DNA of 64,000 bases from Lama glama. Its lineage: Eukaryota. The DNA is taken from contig CM052816.1 in NCBI GenBank assembly GCA_028534125.1, forward strand, positions 49,168,001 through 49,232,000, written 5' to 3'. Shown in pieces: positions 26,666-40,235 of this stretch. Under the pieces are notes generated by a model, which worked only from the letters and a program-made list of their open reading frames with translations, was not told the DNA's origin and did not search any database. Position numbers and translations under genes: made by a program. Positions within the stretch are counted from its first letter, which is position 1, and the number at the start of each line of letters is the position of its first letter.

Positions 26666-28629
26666 TTTATTTCTTTATAACAGAAAAAAATTACTGAATT
26701 TCCTTGATATTCATTGTATTTGTATTTTTTCAAACAGGTTTAGCATAGTATTTCTAAGTATCTACTGTAAGGCAGTTAGAGCACACCTTAAAGTAGCGTA
26801 AAACTCAATGTGGAAAATGTGGCCACAGTATTTTTCTTTAGGAAATAATTATTTTTCAACAAGTAAGCATTCTGATATCTATATATGGCCAAAGTTTTTT
26901 CATTTTTTTAAGAAAAAAGTAACAAAATAAAAAGGAGTAAAGAAACCAAAATAGTCTAACTTGTTAAAATAGTTTAAAACTTTGAATTTAGCTGAATTGC
27001 AAAATAAGGGCATAAGGGCCTACCACTTTTATGTTTTCCTACCTCACTGAGTAATGCAATATATTTTAAAAATTTCTATAGTTCTATGATTTTTTACACA
27101 TTTGAAATATTATGAGTGCTGTAGTTTAAAAATCAGCATGCATTGTTTATGTTTATTTGGCTTTCACATTTTTTAATGTGATTTACTGTATTCTTTTCAA
27201 AGGGATGCTTTTGAATTTCCCAATGAAAAAGATATTGTTATAAACCTTACTCTGATTATATAAAACTACTGAAATTATATACATTTTCATGTAAACAAAA
27301 TTGATTCTGGAAATACATGCTGCCTTCAAATTTTCTAAAAGAAAAAGACATAGAATATTAGTTTGAAGAGATTAACTTTTTAATGATCAAATACATTTAT
27401 TTGCTTTTTCTTTCATAAGTACATTCAAAATTTAGACTCATACATTTAAGTATTAGTTTTTTTTTCTTCTTCCACAGCCATAATATTTAACACAGGATCA
27501 TATTTCACTTTTGATTAGGGTACATATAGTAGTGACTGTGGAGTCCAGTAATAATTGGGGAGATTTCTCCTGCAGCTTATAAAATTATGTCTGTGTCCAA
27601 CCTGCAAGCACTGAGGGGTGACAGGTTAAACAGGTTAAGATCTTTCTAGAGTGGCATTGAAGGTTGTTTAAATTGCAATTACAGTTTATAGTGCAGCTGT
27701 TAAAATCCACCAAACCAAGTTTTCACAATGACCTTTTCCATTCATCTAAGGAATTTTGCCAAATGTTTAATTTGTAGGCATCTCACTTGGGCCCTTTTCT
27801 AGACATACACCTTTGAATGAATTATCTCATGTTTAGCTTTCACACACAAAACTGAATGTCTTTGACCTCTGATATCAGTGGAATTAACTCTGCTTCCTAC
27901 TGGGGGTGCTTTCAGACATGTACCTTTCATTTAAATAAAATAAAACAATTACTAACTCTCCTAGAAAAAAGAAGACACTTTAAAGTCTTTTCTTAAGTGT
28001 TGGTTAGAGTTACCTTATAAATGTTACAAATTCAGTTTCTGAAGTTGACGTGTAATATTGGAGAAAAACAGGGAAATTGCAGGATCAGTGCACTTATCTG
28101 ACCCACATAAATGTCAGGTGACAAATGAAGAGAATACATAAGTGCACCGTTAATAATTTTTTTGCCATACTTACATTATTTATATTTTCAACAATTCAAG
28201 AAGTAAACATTATGTACTTAATTTTTACATTGAATCAAATAGTTGCAATTAGCCAAACAGGGGAATACTATTTGAAAATCGATTTAGCTATGGCCTGTCT
28301 TGCTATCAAAGTGGACTAGCACTAAATTACAGCAAGTGAATTGGACAAGGGTAAAATTGTAGCTACTTTAATTAGCCACTCCTCTTTCATAGGTCTGGGA
28401 AAGGTGATAAATACCTGGAAGCATTCCAACCCTTCTCATAAGTAAAATGGCCTTCTCTGTATCATCCTGAATGTTTAAGCAAAGCTCTAGTCTCTCAGGA
28501 GCAGCACTGCCAAAATGCTTGAATACTAAAACCTTAAGTATAGAATCTAAAAATGAACATTACTGTCCCAGACTATAAGTCCAAGCTTTTGTAGAACATG
28601 ACATATGAATGAGAAAGTTGAGCATGTGT

Positions 28630-28860
28630 AGTTTGTAGATGAAGATGATCTCAGTTTAAATATATGACCCAACATGAGCTATGAGACCTTGGAAAAATTA
28701 AAATTTCTAAGGCTTGAGTTTCCTCATCTGAAAACTGAGAATGATAATGGTACCTGCCCATTAAAATATTTGGCAGAGTAATACCAAGCAGTGAAGAACA
28801 AGTTCTCAGCAAAGAGCCTGGCAAATTGCAAGCACTCCATAAGTGGTGGCTATTATTATG
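28630..28860 (+). mobile_element. MIR SINE
   Basis: gctatgagaccttggaaaa...agtttcctcatctgaaaactgagaatgataatggtacctgcc...agagcctggcaaa...agcactccataagtggtggctattatt. Confidence 0.85.
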
Positions 28861-28920
28861 GGTAAAGTAGGATTAATATAATTAACCAATATTTTTACAA
28901 AGCAACAATAAAACCACCAA

Positions 28921-28952
28921 CACACACACACACACACACGCGTGCGCGTGTG
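28921..28952. repeat. (CA)n-(CG/TG) alternating purine-pyrimidine tract
   Basis: cacacacacacacacacacgcgtgcgcgtgtg. Confidence 0.9.
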
Positions 28953-29149
28953 AATCCCAAAAGAAATATATGTATCCTTTACCCATACAAATAGTCTAAA
29001 TAACTCAATACATATTTAGGACATTATAATTTCATTAATTCCAAGGTCAAGTGTCTGAAGGTCTAGAAGTTGTCCTGGAAGAAAGTTGAGAAACATGATG
29101 GGAAATAAGTAAGTGTGGGATGGGAGGAAATAGAGAACAGTGATGCAAA

Positions 29150-29385
29150 TCTTTCTAGGCCAGACACTATCCTTGAATGTTGTAGGTACTACCTTAGTTA
29201 TTCGTCAGACCCAGAGTTAGATTACTACTGGGACTCCCGTTTACAAGTGAGGAGACTAGAATGTAGACAAGCCAATTGCACTACCTCTAGCGAATTAATT
29301 TGTTAGTGTGGGAAGTGGGATTTGACCCCAGATCTGTCTGCTCCTGACCTGACCCATATTCTTTACAGCTGTGCTACATGGCTTC
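29150..29385 (-). mobile_element. MIR SINE
   Basis: ctcccgtttacaagtgaggagactaga...gtgggatttgaccccagatctgtctgctcc. Confidence 0.7.
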
Positions 29386-29519
29386 TCACTGACAGAATTT
29401 CAGACATATATTTGGATATACTGTTGTTGCAGAAATAAGAACATGCATCATTAGAAGGGAGTCTCATCCGAATAACTGAGAAGTTAGGAAAAACCATGTC
29501 AATGGATCACTATCTGAGG

Positions 29520-29765
29520 CAGTGAAGCCTTAGTAGTTGAAAGCCTGTTTGAACTTTGCATAACATGAACTTGATTTGCACCTCTGCTGTAACAGTTCCT
29601 CGTGTGTAACATTTTTCTGGGGCTTTCATCTCTCTAAATCTTGATTATCTTTAGAACAAAATGAAAATAGTAAGGTAGCTTTTAGTATCAAATAAAATAA
29701 TTTCTTTAAAATGTTTAGCACAGATTCTAATAAAGAGTGATGTGGGTATATCATTGTTATTCTTA
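29520..29765 (+). mobile_element. MIR SINE (diverged)
   Basis: tagtagttgaaagc...aaaatgaaaatagtaag...taaaatgtttagcacag. Confidence 0.5.
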
Positions 29766-29914
29766 TGATGTTTAAGTAACAAACTTAGTCCATGACCTGA
29801 AAGATGAAGCACATATTGGGAAAGATGAAGAACACAATTAATGCCTTTGTGAGAATAGAGATACAAGTTCCAGGGGGAAATGAGGCCTTGGATATAAAAT
29901 TACCAACCAGAAGT

Positions 29915-30045
29915 CCTGAGTCCTGGAGTCAGATGGAACAGGATTTCAGTTCCCGTCTGCTACTTCTAAGCTCTGTCATTGTCCAGATTAATTAGTCCCT
30001 TTAAGCTTCAATTTCTACATGTATAAATGTTATTAGTAATAACAA
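29915..30045 (+). mobile_element. MIR SINE 5'/core fragment
   Basis: ctggagtcagatggaacaggatttcagttccc..ctgctacttctaagctctgt...gcttcaatttctacatgtataaatg. Confidence 0.6.
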
Positions 30046-31589
30046 TGTGGAATTATATGATTCACTATTGATTCAGGTTATAATATTATAATTGATAACA
30101 ATCCAGTCTAGATGTCCTCACAGATGTTCAAATTTAATTTCTTTAGTTTATAAAAACTGATTCACTCTTTATTAGATTATAAAAATGCCAGGTAGTATTA
30201 ATTGCTAATTAAAAGTATATTTCTATGGTAAGCACGTAATACAGGTGAGCTATTCCAAAAGCTGTAAATTGAGAAAATTGCACTTCTAATTTCATACATA
30301 GCAACTTAAAAAGAAAATAATTCTGTTTTGGATGTTTTCACGCCAGTCAAATAGCTAATAACTTTATTATTCTTTGTTGTATTTTAGTAATTGCAAAGAA
30401 GATAAAATCTCACCTATATGACTTTTAAAAAACTCGTATCACACTATCTTTTACAAAAGGAAATATATAGAGTACAGCTTCAAATACTAGTAGGATTTTA
30501 GTGCTATATATGGAGAAAAAATACCAAAATTATTATACACTGAAGCAACTCTGGTAATATTCCTTCCAGCTTTAGTCAAGATGTTGTTTGACACTGGAAT
30601 ACTGAAGGTGATTTATTATAGATATCAATTTTATTTTCTGATATGGTCTTTATTTAAATTCTCCCTAGTATTTCTCCCTTTATGGAAATGCACTTTCCTC
30701 TCAAGAAAGCTATGAAGAAATTGCTGACTATTTGTCACGTAAAATACTTATGTTATTTCATACAATTGTCTGTGAAAAAAACCTGTATACAACCTAAAAT
30801 TTAACCTAGGATTGTTACAGCAGAGAGAAGCCTTGGAAATGAAATAGGAATAAAATACAGTATTTCCAATTATATTGGAAAAAAATAAAGATCCAAGCCC
30901 AAAACACAGAGGTCTTTTATAGCCACATACAAGTGGAGGGGAAAAGGAAAGAATATATTCATTCCCCAAACTGAAGACAAGGATAAGGAAGTATTATGAC
31001 TTTCAACTCTCATTTGCAGTGCTTCTAACTCATAGCATCGTCACATATCATAAGCTCATGTTCTACAACAGTAATGATGCAGTTTCAAATGTAATGGTAA
31101 AGGAAAGTGAGCCATAGGAAAAAGCAGCAGGAAATTGTTGTGCCAAAATCTAACTTCTTTTAGGAAAAGGCTTTAATAGGTATCTCACTGTGCATAAAAC
31201 CAAGTTATTTAGACATAGGTAAATCAACATTGTGATCATTTCAGCTCTTTGTAGCTTGGGCACAGATATCATCTCACAAGTGAATTACGTTCTTATGGCT
31301 TTTTGCATAATCATATGTTGGCATATGGTTATGCTATGTCCATGCACTGAATCATGCGAACAGTGATCCAAATGTATTTAGAAAAGCTTGTATTTATTTT
31401 GGTGTGTATTTGGTCTGAATAAAGGCAGGAAAACTATCATACATGTAGCTTTAGCATTATAAAATATTTTAAAAGGAGAAACTCAGAGAAAAAAAGCAAT
31501 ATATACTTTTTCACTTTTGCTGGGATATAAGTTGAGCTTGGCTGTCACTACACTCTAATTCAGAACAAGCTGAGATGTTTTCCAGGACA

Positions 31590-32256
31590 CTTTTTAAAAT
31601 CAATTTTATTGAAATACGATAAATTACAGCTAAGTTATCCATTAAGGGATGATTGATTTGTTTGCAACTTTGAGCCATTGTGATTACAGCAGCTGTGTAC
31701 ATTCATGTATGTTATCTTTGCATCAACAAAAGTTTTATTATCTTTGGTAAATATCTAACTCAGTGGCTGAGCCATAAGATAGATATATGTTTCACAATTT
31801 TAAATACTGCTAAATAACTTTGTAAAATTATTATACCATTTTATATTGCCACCAACAGGATAGGAGATTCCAGTTGCTCCAAATCCTCATCAGTGCTTTG
31901 TATTGTCAGCCTCTTTACTGTTCTCCATTCTCATGGGTGTGTAATAGTATCTTATTGTCCTTTAATCTGCATTTCTCTAATATCTAATGATTGTTGACAT
32001 TTTCTCATTGCTTATTGGACAGTTCTATCTATTCTTTTGTGAAGTATCTGTTAAATTTTTCACTCATTTTCAAATGTGGTTGCTTGTTTTCTTGTTGAAA
32101 TATATACAAAGCCCTTCTGTATTTTGGAAGCAAGCCCTTTGTCAGATTCAGCATTTCATATATTTAACCCTGTTCTGTGGCTTGCCTTTCCATTTTCTTA
32201 ACTGTTATTCAAAAAGTAAAGACTGTTAATTTGAATAATGTGCAATTGCTCAAATT
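31590..32256 (-). mobile_element. Old L1 (L1MB-ME type) ORF2 3'/UTR fragment
   Basis: caccaacagg..gagattccagttgctccaaatcctcatcag; tttaatctgcatttctctaat; ttcttttgtgaagtatctgtt. Confidence 0.85.
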
Positions 32257-33709
32257 CTGAGATCTTTTAAAAAAATAGTTGAAAATAATTTCCTTAAAGC
32301 TGTCCAAATCAGTATGTAGATATTACAGTTTCTCATTCAAATATGAGCTTATCCTGCTCCGAATTTTATAACACTCTTTTCTACCAGCCATTTTCCACAT
32401 TGTTAGCCATCCTTTACTTCACTGAGCCAAGAGAACAGGCCTTTATTGGCGGCCAACACTCAAACGACTCATGAATTCACAAACCTCCCATGAAAGCATT
32501 AAGGGGAGAGAAAGGAAACAGCCTGTTCCATTTCTTTAGGCATTTTGCCCATTTGATTAGACCTCCCAATTTTTGAACAGCGTACAAATAATCACAACCA
32601 AATCACTTTCAAACAGGGCTAGGAGAGGGTGTTAAAAGCATACTCAGTACTACAATTTGAAGCTGTATACTTAAATAAATGAGAAAAAAAAACAAGAATA
32701 AATATCACAACATAATAGAATGATGGGAAAGAGCACCAAATGTCCACAAACGGGGAGGAAATATTTTGTGTGGTTTCACATAACGTGTCTCAACCTGGGA
32801 AAGTATAAATATACATAAATTAGACCATGAATTGCATAGTTATAAAACATAACAAGATATAAGCAAGTCCAAGTGGACTAACAAATTAACCATAAAACTA
32901 ATAGAATAATTGTCATATTGATGAAGGATTAAACACTTGATAACACTCTAACTTGATGCAACTGAAAGAACTACACAAAAAATATTGGCAGACGAAAATG
33001 AAAACTTTAATTTTTTTGCAGAATGAAAAGGAACAAATTGAAAGAAACAACGGTCATCAAATACATTAACCTCAAATATGAGAAAGTTAATGTCTGTGAT
33101 GAGTGAAGAACAAATATATTTGCATAGATGTAACCTGAAAAAGCATACTATAAGCATATAATATAATTAAATACAGTGTAATAATCGGGAAACTAAAATA
33201 AAGCAGGCTTAGAATATTACTCTTTTTAAAAATAATGTATTAAAATTGTGTAGTATGAAATGTTGATGAGAATGTGATGAAGCCAGCAGATTTAAACACA
33301 GGAGATGATGTTCTAAATATTTGTAGCTATTTTTGGAAAATAGTCTGGCAACAGATATGCAGGAAACATCACAATACTTCTATTTTTGATATTGGCATTG
33401 ATTTGAAGTAATTTACCAAGAAAAAAAGGAACTAAAGCTTTTATATTTCTGTATCTATGATAATTAAGCAGTCTATAATAATAAATATCTAAACACCTAA
33501 GCAAGAAAATGAAATAATGATTCCAGAAATGTTGTGACTACTTAAATTTTGAAATACCAGATTAATAAAAATATTATATAAGCCTTTCAAATAGTCTTCA
33601 TCGAGACTATGCATAAGTGGAAAAAAAACTAATGCCATAAAATTTTGCTGTTTATAAAATGATTTCACTTATTGTATTTGACCCCCAGGACCCATATAAA
33701 ATAGTGAAG

Positions 33710-33920
33710 GATAACATAGTATAGCAGATAAGAGCTTGGACCCTAAAAATAGGCGGTATTCAAACTCCAGCTTATCAACTTTTACAAAACATTTTACAAC
33801 TTTAACCACATTATTGATCCTCTTTCTGATTCTTGGCTTTCTAATCTGTAAAAATGAGAATAACAATTAGACCTACCCTAAAGGATTTCTGTACATTTAG
33901 ATAAAGCATTAATGTTATTA
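33710..33920 (+). mobile_element. MIR SINE
   Basis: catagtatagcagataagagcttggac...ttctaatctgtaaaaatgagaataacaattagacctacc. Confidence 0.7.
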
Positions 33921-34996
33921 TAAGAAACTGTTATTAGTCCATTGTTGAGATAATAAAATTGGCCATCAGGAAAACATGTATTGTCTAATAATAATTGATT
34001 TAGTGTTTGCATCAAAATTTGAATAAGACATCCAGATAATACAACTGTTGCAAGTATGGTATATTATTTTCATCTGTACATAGTTATATATTTTGCTACC
34101 TCAGCAGAAGAATGTAATCTGCTGGGAAAAAAACTGAGTCAAATACATGTTTTATTTCTTCCAACCTCTTCAACCCCTGACAGTGTTCAGTGGACCTAGT
34201 ATGAGTAAATAACCTGTAAATGAATGCTATTCATTAAATGAGGAATTCCTTTCACACCAGTTCTAATAGAGACGATTGAGATAGTTTTAAGTGCCCCAAT
34301 GTGAACTTCCTCAACTTACCGCATTCTGCATAAAAATCTCCTTATTAATTCACCTTCTGTCATAATTTCTTACGAGGACAAATCTGTCACCATTTTCTTG
34401 AAAATTTATTTCAATGATTCAAAACTAAGAACATTATCATTCCTCAATCTGATAGGCTGTTCCAACTACATGCCTTGTGATATAATTAAGATAGGGGATG
34501 CACTATTTCAACTCCATAAAATATAGATACATGCAGAAAGAAATAAAACTACAAACTAAAAAACAAACAAGTGGTTGCTATTTTAGGATTATGGAATTAT
34601 GGCAAGTTTTAATATTAATTTTTGTTAATGCTACACTACTTTAACAGGAAGAAATAAAGAAGCAAGGGAGAAGGGAAAAAAGACTGGTAAGACTAACTAG
34701 TAAGGGACTCAAAATAAGTCATCCCTCCTAAATGTATTTTGCTGTATTACAAAATAATATTTTTTGGCATAATGAACATTATAGGATTTGCTGTATAATT
34801 TATTTTAAGCTTATGCTGGTATGTGCCCTATAATTTTTGTCCACTTTACTTTTTTCTATATAATTTTTAAAATTAGTGGACATTTTATGCATAAAAGTGT
34901 GTGGAATGTTTAAATATACGGTTTCTTTTTGTCACTATTGTAAAATTGCTATGGTACAATATAGAAGTAATCGTAAGATAATTTCACAGGATTCAC

Positions 34997-35203
34997 TTTT
35001 CTTTTTTTTTTTTTTAACATTTTTATTGATTCATAATCATTTTACAGTGTTGTGTCAAATTCCAGTGTTCAGTACAATTTTTCAGTCATACATGGACATA
35101 TACACTCATTGTCACATTTTTTTCTCTGTGATTTATCATAACATTTTGTGTATATTTCCCTGTGCTATACAGTGTAATCTTGTTTATCTGTTCTACAATT
35201 TTG
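34997..35203 (-). mobile_element. Young lineage L1, 3' end with poly(A), truncated by the assembly gap
   Basis: Poly-T then tttattgattcataatcattttacagtgttgtgtcaaattccagtg; closely similar by eye to the reverse complement of 36183-36387. Confidence 0.92.
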
Positions 35204-35703
35204 NNNNNNNNNNNNNNNNNNNNNNNNNNNNNNNNNNNNNNNNNNNNNNNNNNNNNNNNNNNNNNNNNNNNNNNNNNNNNNNNNNNNNNNNNNNNNNNNN
35301 NNNNNNNNNNNNNNNNNNNNNNNNNNNNNNNNNNNNNNNNNNNNNNNNNNNNNNNNNNNNNNNNNNNNNNNNNNNNNNNNNNNNNNNNNNNNNNNNNNNN
35401 NNNNNNNNNNNNNNNNNNNNNNNNNNNNNNNNNNNNNNNNNNNNNNNNNNNNNNNNNNNNNNNNNNNNNNNNNNNNNNNNNNNNNNNNNNNNNNNNNNNN
35501 NNNNNNNNNNNNNNNNNNNNNNNNNNNNNNNNNNNNNNNNNNNNNNNNNNNNNNNNNNNNNNNNNNNNNNNNNNNNNNNNNNNNNNNNNNNNNNNNNNNN
35601 NNNNNNNNNNNNNNNNNNNNNNNNNNNNNNNNNNNNNNNNNNNNNNNNNNNNNNNNNNNNNNNNNNNNNNNNNNNNNNNNNNNNNNNNNNNNNNNNNNNN
35701 NNN
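35204..35703. other. Assembly gap (500 N)
   Basis: Run of exactly 500 N; the X-filled ORFs in the track are artefacts of it. Confidence 1.
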
Positions 35704-35786
35704 CTGGAAGAGTTTGAGAAGGACTAGTATGAGTTCTTCTTTGTATGTTTGGTAGAATTCCCTGGTGAAGCCGTCCTGTCCTGGAC
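35704..35786 (-). mobile_element. Young L1 ORF2 fragment (antisense)
   Basis: Minus strand translates PGQDGFTREFYQTYKEELILVLLKLFQ, matching L1 ORF2 SPGPDGFTAEFYQTFKEEL just before the RT domain. Confidence 0.92.
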
Positions 35787-36387
35787 CCTACTTCAGGATG
35801 ACACCTGCACCCCAATGTTCATAGCAGCATTATTTACAATAGCCAAGACATGGAAACAGCCTATATGTCCATCAACAGGTGACTGGATAAAGAAGATGTG
35901 GTATATTTATACAATGGAATACTACTCAGCCATAAAAATTGACAACATAATGCCATTTGCAGCAACATGGATGCTCCTGGAGAATGTCATTCTAAGTGAA
36001 GTAAGCCAGAAAGAGAAAGAAAAATGCCATATGAGATCGCTCATATGTGGAATCTAAAAAACAAAAACAACAACAACAACAACAAAAAAGCATAAATACA
36101 AAACAGAAATAGACTCATAGACATAGAATACAAACTTGTGGTTGCCAAGGGGGCGGACGGTGGGAAGGGATAGACAGGATTTGAAAATTGTAGAATAGAT
36201 AAACTAAATTATACTGTATAGCTCAGGGAAATATACACAAAATCTTATGATAGCTCACAGAGAAAAAAATGTGACAATGAATATATATATATATATGTTC
36301 ATGTATAACTGAAAAAATGTGCTGAATACTGGAATTTGACACAACATTGTAAAATGATTACAAATCAATAAAAAATGTTTTAAAAAA
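35785..36387 (+). mobile_element. Young 5'-truncated L1: ORF2 C-terminus, 3'UTR and A-tail
   Basis: Open frame [60 protein letters not shown] followed by 3'UTR and aataaa. Confidence 0.95.
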
Positions 36388-37066
36388 CTATATATAAAGT
36401 GAAATAAATACATGATTTATTGATCAAATTCCAAGCCATAATATTGAAATGTTGCAAAAATAAAATTAAATTTCACCTCATAAGGAAATAGCAAATGAAA
36501 TTAAACATCAAATGTAACACAGAGGGGAAAAATAGAGAGAGAGAGAGGGAATATGATTCATTCCTTAGCCATTTGAACTATTCGGACATGTTTTCTGGAT
36601 GTTGAAATATGACTCTTATAAATGTGGTTCTTTATAGTCACTGTAGCAGGGAAGCACACATGTTAAGAACAGTAGTGGAGTAGTCCCAGAGGTTTCTAGG
36701 ATTGTCTGAATTGCCACTCAATCTAGATATCTCTTGTCTTGAAAAAAATTATTGGACAGAACTTCTGCTGAAGTCTGTAAATAATAAACAAAAGCTGTTG
36801 AAATGAAGTAATAAAGACTGTGGGTAGAGGGTAGCAGATATCAAAATAATTTTATAGAACAGGTTTTGAAGTAGTATAATTTTGCTACTTCTATGTTCTA
36901 TCAATAAACAATACAGTGTAGTACATTAAATTATAGTGGTATAGTTCTTCTGTTACATTTTCAATTTATTTAAAGACAGACAAATGGCAGAAGTAAAATC
37001 ACCAAAGCAGCCTTCTTTTTCCCACAGGTTACAGCCACAAATACTATTCCTTTGCTTTTCACTCAT

Positions 37067-37344
37067 TTCTTTTTTTTTAATTTTTTGAATTGAAGTATTG
37101 TCAGTTTACAATGTTTTATTAAGTTCTAGCATACAGCATAGTGATTCAGTTTTATATAGATAGATATTCCTTTTCATATTCTTTTCATTACAGGTTATTA
37201 CAAAGTATTGAATATAGTTCCTTGTTCTATACAGTAGGACCTTGTTTATCTATTTTGTATATAGTAGTATCTGCAAATCCTGAATTCTCAATTTATCCCT
37301 TCACCCCCCCCATCTTTTCCCACTGGTAATCATAAGTTTGTTCT
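37067..37344 (-). mobile_element. Lineage L1 3'UTR fragment
   Basis: Poly-T; ttgaagtattgtcagtttacaatg...tgaatatagttccttgttctatacagtaggaccttg...tggtaatcataagtttgtt. Confidence 0.88.
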
Positions 37345-37933
37345 ACAACCTAAAAATTCCTTGTCACAGCTTGGGTGAAACCTAGCCTTGATAAGACATT
37401 ACAGAATTCACCAGTGGTTTTTATCCCGGCAGTGTTTTCTTTAAGACTTTTTGAAATACTGCCAATTGTTAAATTATTTTTATAGCAGATGCAGATGAAC
37501 ATATACTATAAATTTCTGAAAGTCTCATAAAAAATTAAAGTCAATTAGTAACCCCAATAATTGTGCACTGACCTTTAGAATACAATAAACCTGTTTTTGG
37601 TTTGTCTATAAAATTGGAATAATTCTTCTTACAGACTCATGCCCACTAGCAGTAATGATGAAGTAAGTGCCTGTGGTAGTTATGAGGAAAATGAAAAATA
37701 GAAATTAGGAAAAGATTCAGTTTTTCCAGAGAGGAAATGTTAAATATATGCCACACCTTGACAGTTAGGTCATGTGTTGGAGGGGAGAAAATATGTTTTA
37801 GTTGTAAGAAAACCTTTCATTTCAGTGTTGCACGATTCAGGAACACCTAGCCTTGGAAGGAAAACAAATAAATTTTGGAATCTAAGATGCACCACACAGA
37901 GTAATCATTCTTGCTACTCTCAAAATCTCAAAA

Positions 37934-38419
37934 TATTATGTGTATTATGCTGCTGTAACAAATTACCACAAACTTAGTGGCTTAAAACAATACTCATCTA
38001 TTATCTTCCTTTTCTAGAGGTCAGAAAACTTAAAATCAAGGTGTCTACAGGACTGCGTTCCTTCTGGAAGCTCAAGAGGAAAATCTGTTTCCTGCCTTTT
38101 CCAGCTTCTAGAGACCACTTGCTTTCCTTGGCTTATGGCCCCTTCCTCCATATTCAAAGCCAGCACTATAACATCTTCTCTCCTTTCCAACCTCTGTTTC
38201 CATCTTTGAGTCTTCTTGTCTTACTCTTGACTTTCCAACCTCCTGTCATGTAAGAACCCCTGCAATTGTGTTGGGCCCACCTGGATAATCCAGGATAATC
38301 ACATCATCACATGATCCTTAGCTTAATCACATCTATAAAATCAACTAAAGTAACATTTTCATAGGTTCCAGGAATTAGGACATGGACATTTGAGAGGGGC
38401 CATTATTCAGCCTACAACA
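37934..38419 (-). mobile_element. MLT1C/MLT1D MaLR solo LTR
   Basis: gctgctgtaacaaattaccacaaacttagtggcttaaaacaa...gggcccacctggataatccaggataatc...ggccattattcagcctacaaca. Confidence 0.9.
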
Positions 38420-39752
38420 CTGTGTAAGGAAATATAATAATTTTCAGTTAAGTAAGCAAATGAACTTTCTTTACTTGCTGGCGTATATTTCTTATCGTAA
38501 TTCTAAAGTTTAGATCTGATACTGAAGCCTGTGGAAGTCTGGGGTCTATTGTGAGCTACAACTCAGCCTATTTAATTTGTTTGATTTAATGAAGAAACCC
38601 TTTAAACAAAAACCCTTTGCTGCTTTGAAAAGCTTTGTTACCTTCAGATGAAGACCATGCAAGGACAACAATTTCAACTTTCAAAATCAGTTTTCTTCAA
38701 ACCTGTGTTATCTAAATGTGAGCTGAGGCTCGCCTGCACATCTGGCTTCTACTGCCATTAGTAGTTTTTCTCTTTTTCTCACTTAACTTGTGTACAGATC
38801 CCCTCTAACCAATTTGCACAAGAGTTCCAGGCACACCAAGTATTTCAAAGCTTAAGGTGTATCTGGGAGAAACCATCACCTACCTAAAGGCTTAAGGTAG
38901 TCAGTGTCTCTCAAAATCTTTTATTTTCATTCTCTTCTCACCTGTCTTCTCAAAAGCAGCACAGATCTCTCCCCTGGCCTCTTGCACAGCAGTTTCGAGT
39001 CTATTTTTTCATCAGAGGCTACCAAAGTTTTCTTTCATCCTAAACAATTAGACATGTTGAATAAACTGCATTTCACAGAATATATTTAATTAATTTAGTA
39101 ATGCAGAAAGCAGATGAAAAAAAATACTGCCTATTTCTTTAGTTTGTAGATTTTGAATGTGTACCAAAAGTGGTAAATGCTAGCAAGGGTGTTAATAATT
39201 GTGACCCAAGGTGTGCGTTGGAGAGAATTCAAGGACTTATTAATTATTCTGAGTGATTGGGAGAGGGATTTTGAAATGATTTGTTGCTGGAGAGCTCCAC
39301 GGGTCGGAAATTTCAGCTATGAATTGTTTTGGAAGAAGTGAGTCATCATTTAATGTTTTCTACGCTAAAAAATATTTTATTGTTTCAATCACAACAAAGG
39401 AATTGAAGAATTCATTAATGTTGTTCAAAGATAAGAGTTAAGAACTTCCTTTAGCCTATAGAATTGCTGAAATAATCAGGGAAAAATTTTTTTTTTATTT
39501 TCCGGAAGTATATTACAACAATTTTATTTGACAAAGTAAGTGTTTATTACAAATGCCCTTGGGAATAAGAGACTCTCTCTAAATACAAAGAAATAGCTTT
39601 GGTTTCTTCCTGTCATTTAATTTTATGTTACTCTTCTATATCTGATTAATAGTAGTGTTGGCAAAACTAATATAAAATACTTTGTTCCAGTTCTTAAGGA
39701 GTAAGTAATGAAACACTTCCATAATTTTTAAGTATCTGAATTATCAGTTTAC

Positions 39753-40235
39753 TGTGGCAGGTGTTATGATTGACTTCAAAATCATCCACAGCCCAAGTCT
39801 CCCTGGTCTTATTATGTTATTATAACATCGTAAAATACTAAAACATTTCAAGGTCTCCTACTTTTGGAGCTGGGATAGCTAAGGACCCAGTTCTAAAAGA
39901 TGAACCATAAGCAGAAGTTGCTTGGTAGGGCGCCAGGAAATCACTTTAAAGGTGGATGGAATCAGCAGGAGCACTCCCCCCCCCCCCACATTTGCCTTTC
40001 CCATTTCTTGCCTAGATTGCGAATCTGATCCTTGGAAGTGAGTGGCTAGCTTAAACCATGAAAATTAAAATCACATGCCAAAGGTAGCAGAGTAGGCAAA
40101 GGAAAGGACCTGGATTCTGATAACTTAATCCTCTGTGCTAACACTGGGTTTTCTACTTACTTTCTTTCTTTGTGTAAGATGAATGAATCCATTATTATTT
40201 AGGTTGATTTTCAGTTTTATTTTGCTTGCATTAGT
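39753..40235 (+). mobile_element. Old MaLR LTR (MLT1J/K-like)
   Basis: tgtggcag...gacccagttcta...taagcagaagttgcttggtaggg...ggtagcagagtagg..aggaaaggacctggattctgataac. Confidence 0.55.

Noticed and set aside
34876..35815. Long ORFs of 197-283 aa in the ORF track
   Set aside because: They are artefacts of translating through the 500-N gap and L1 sequence.
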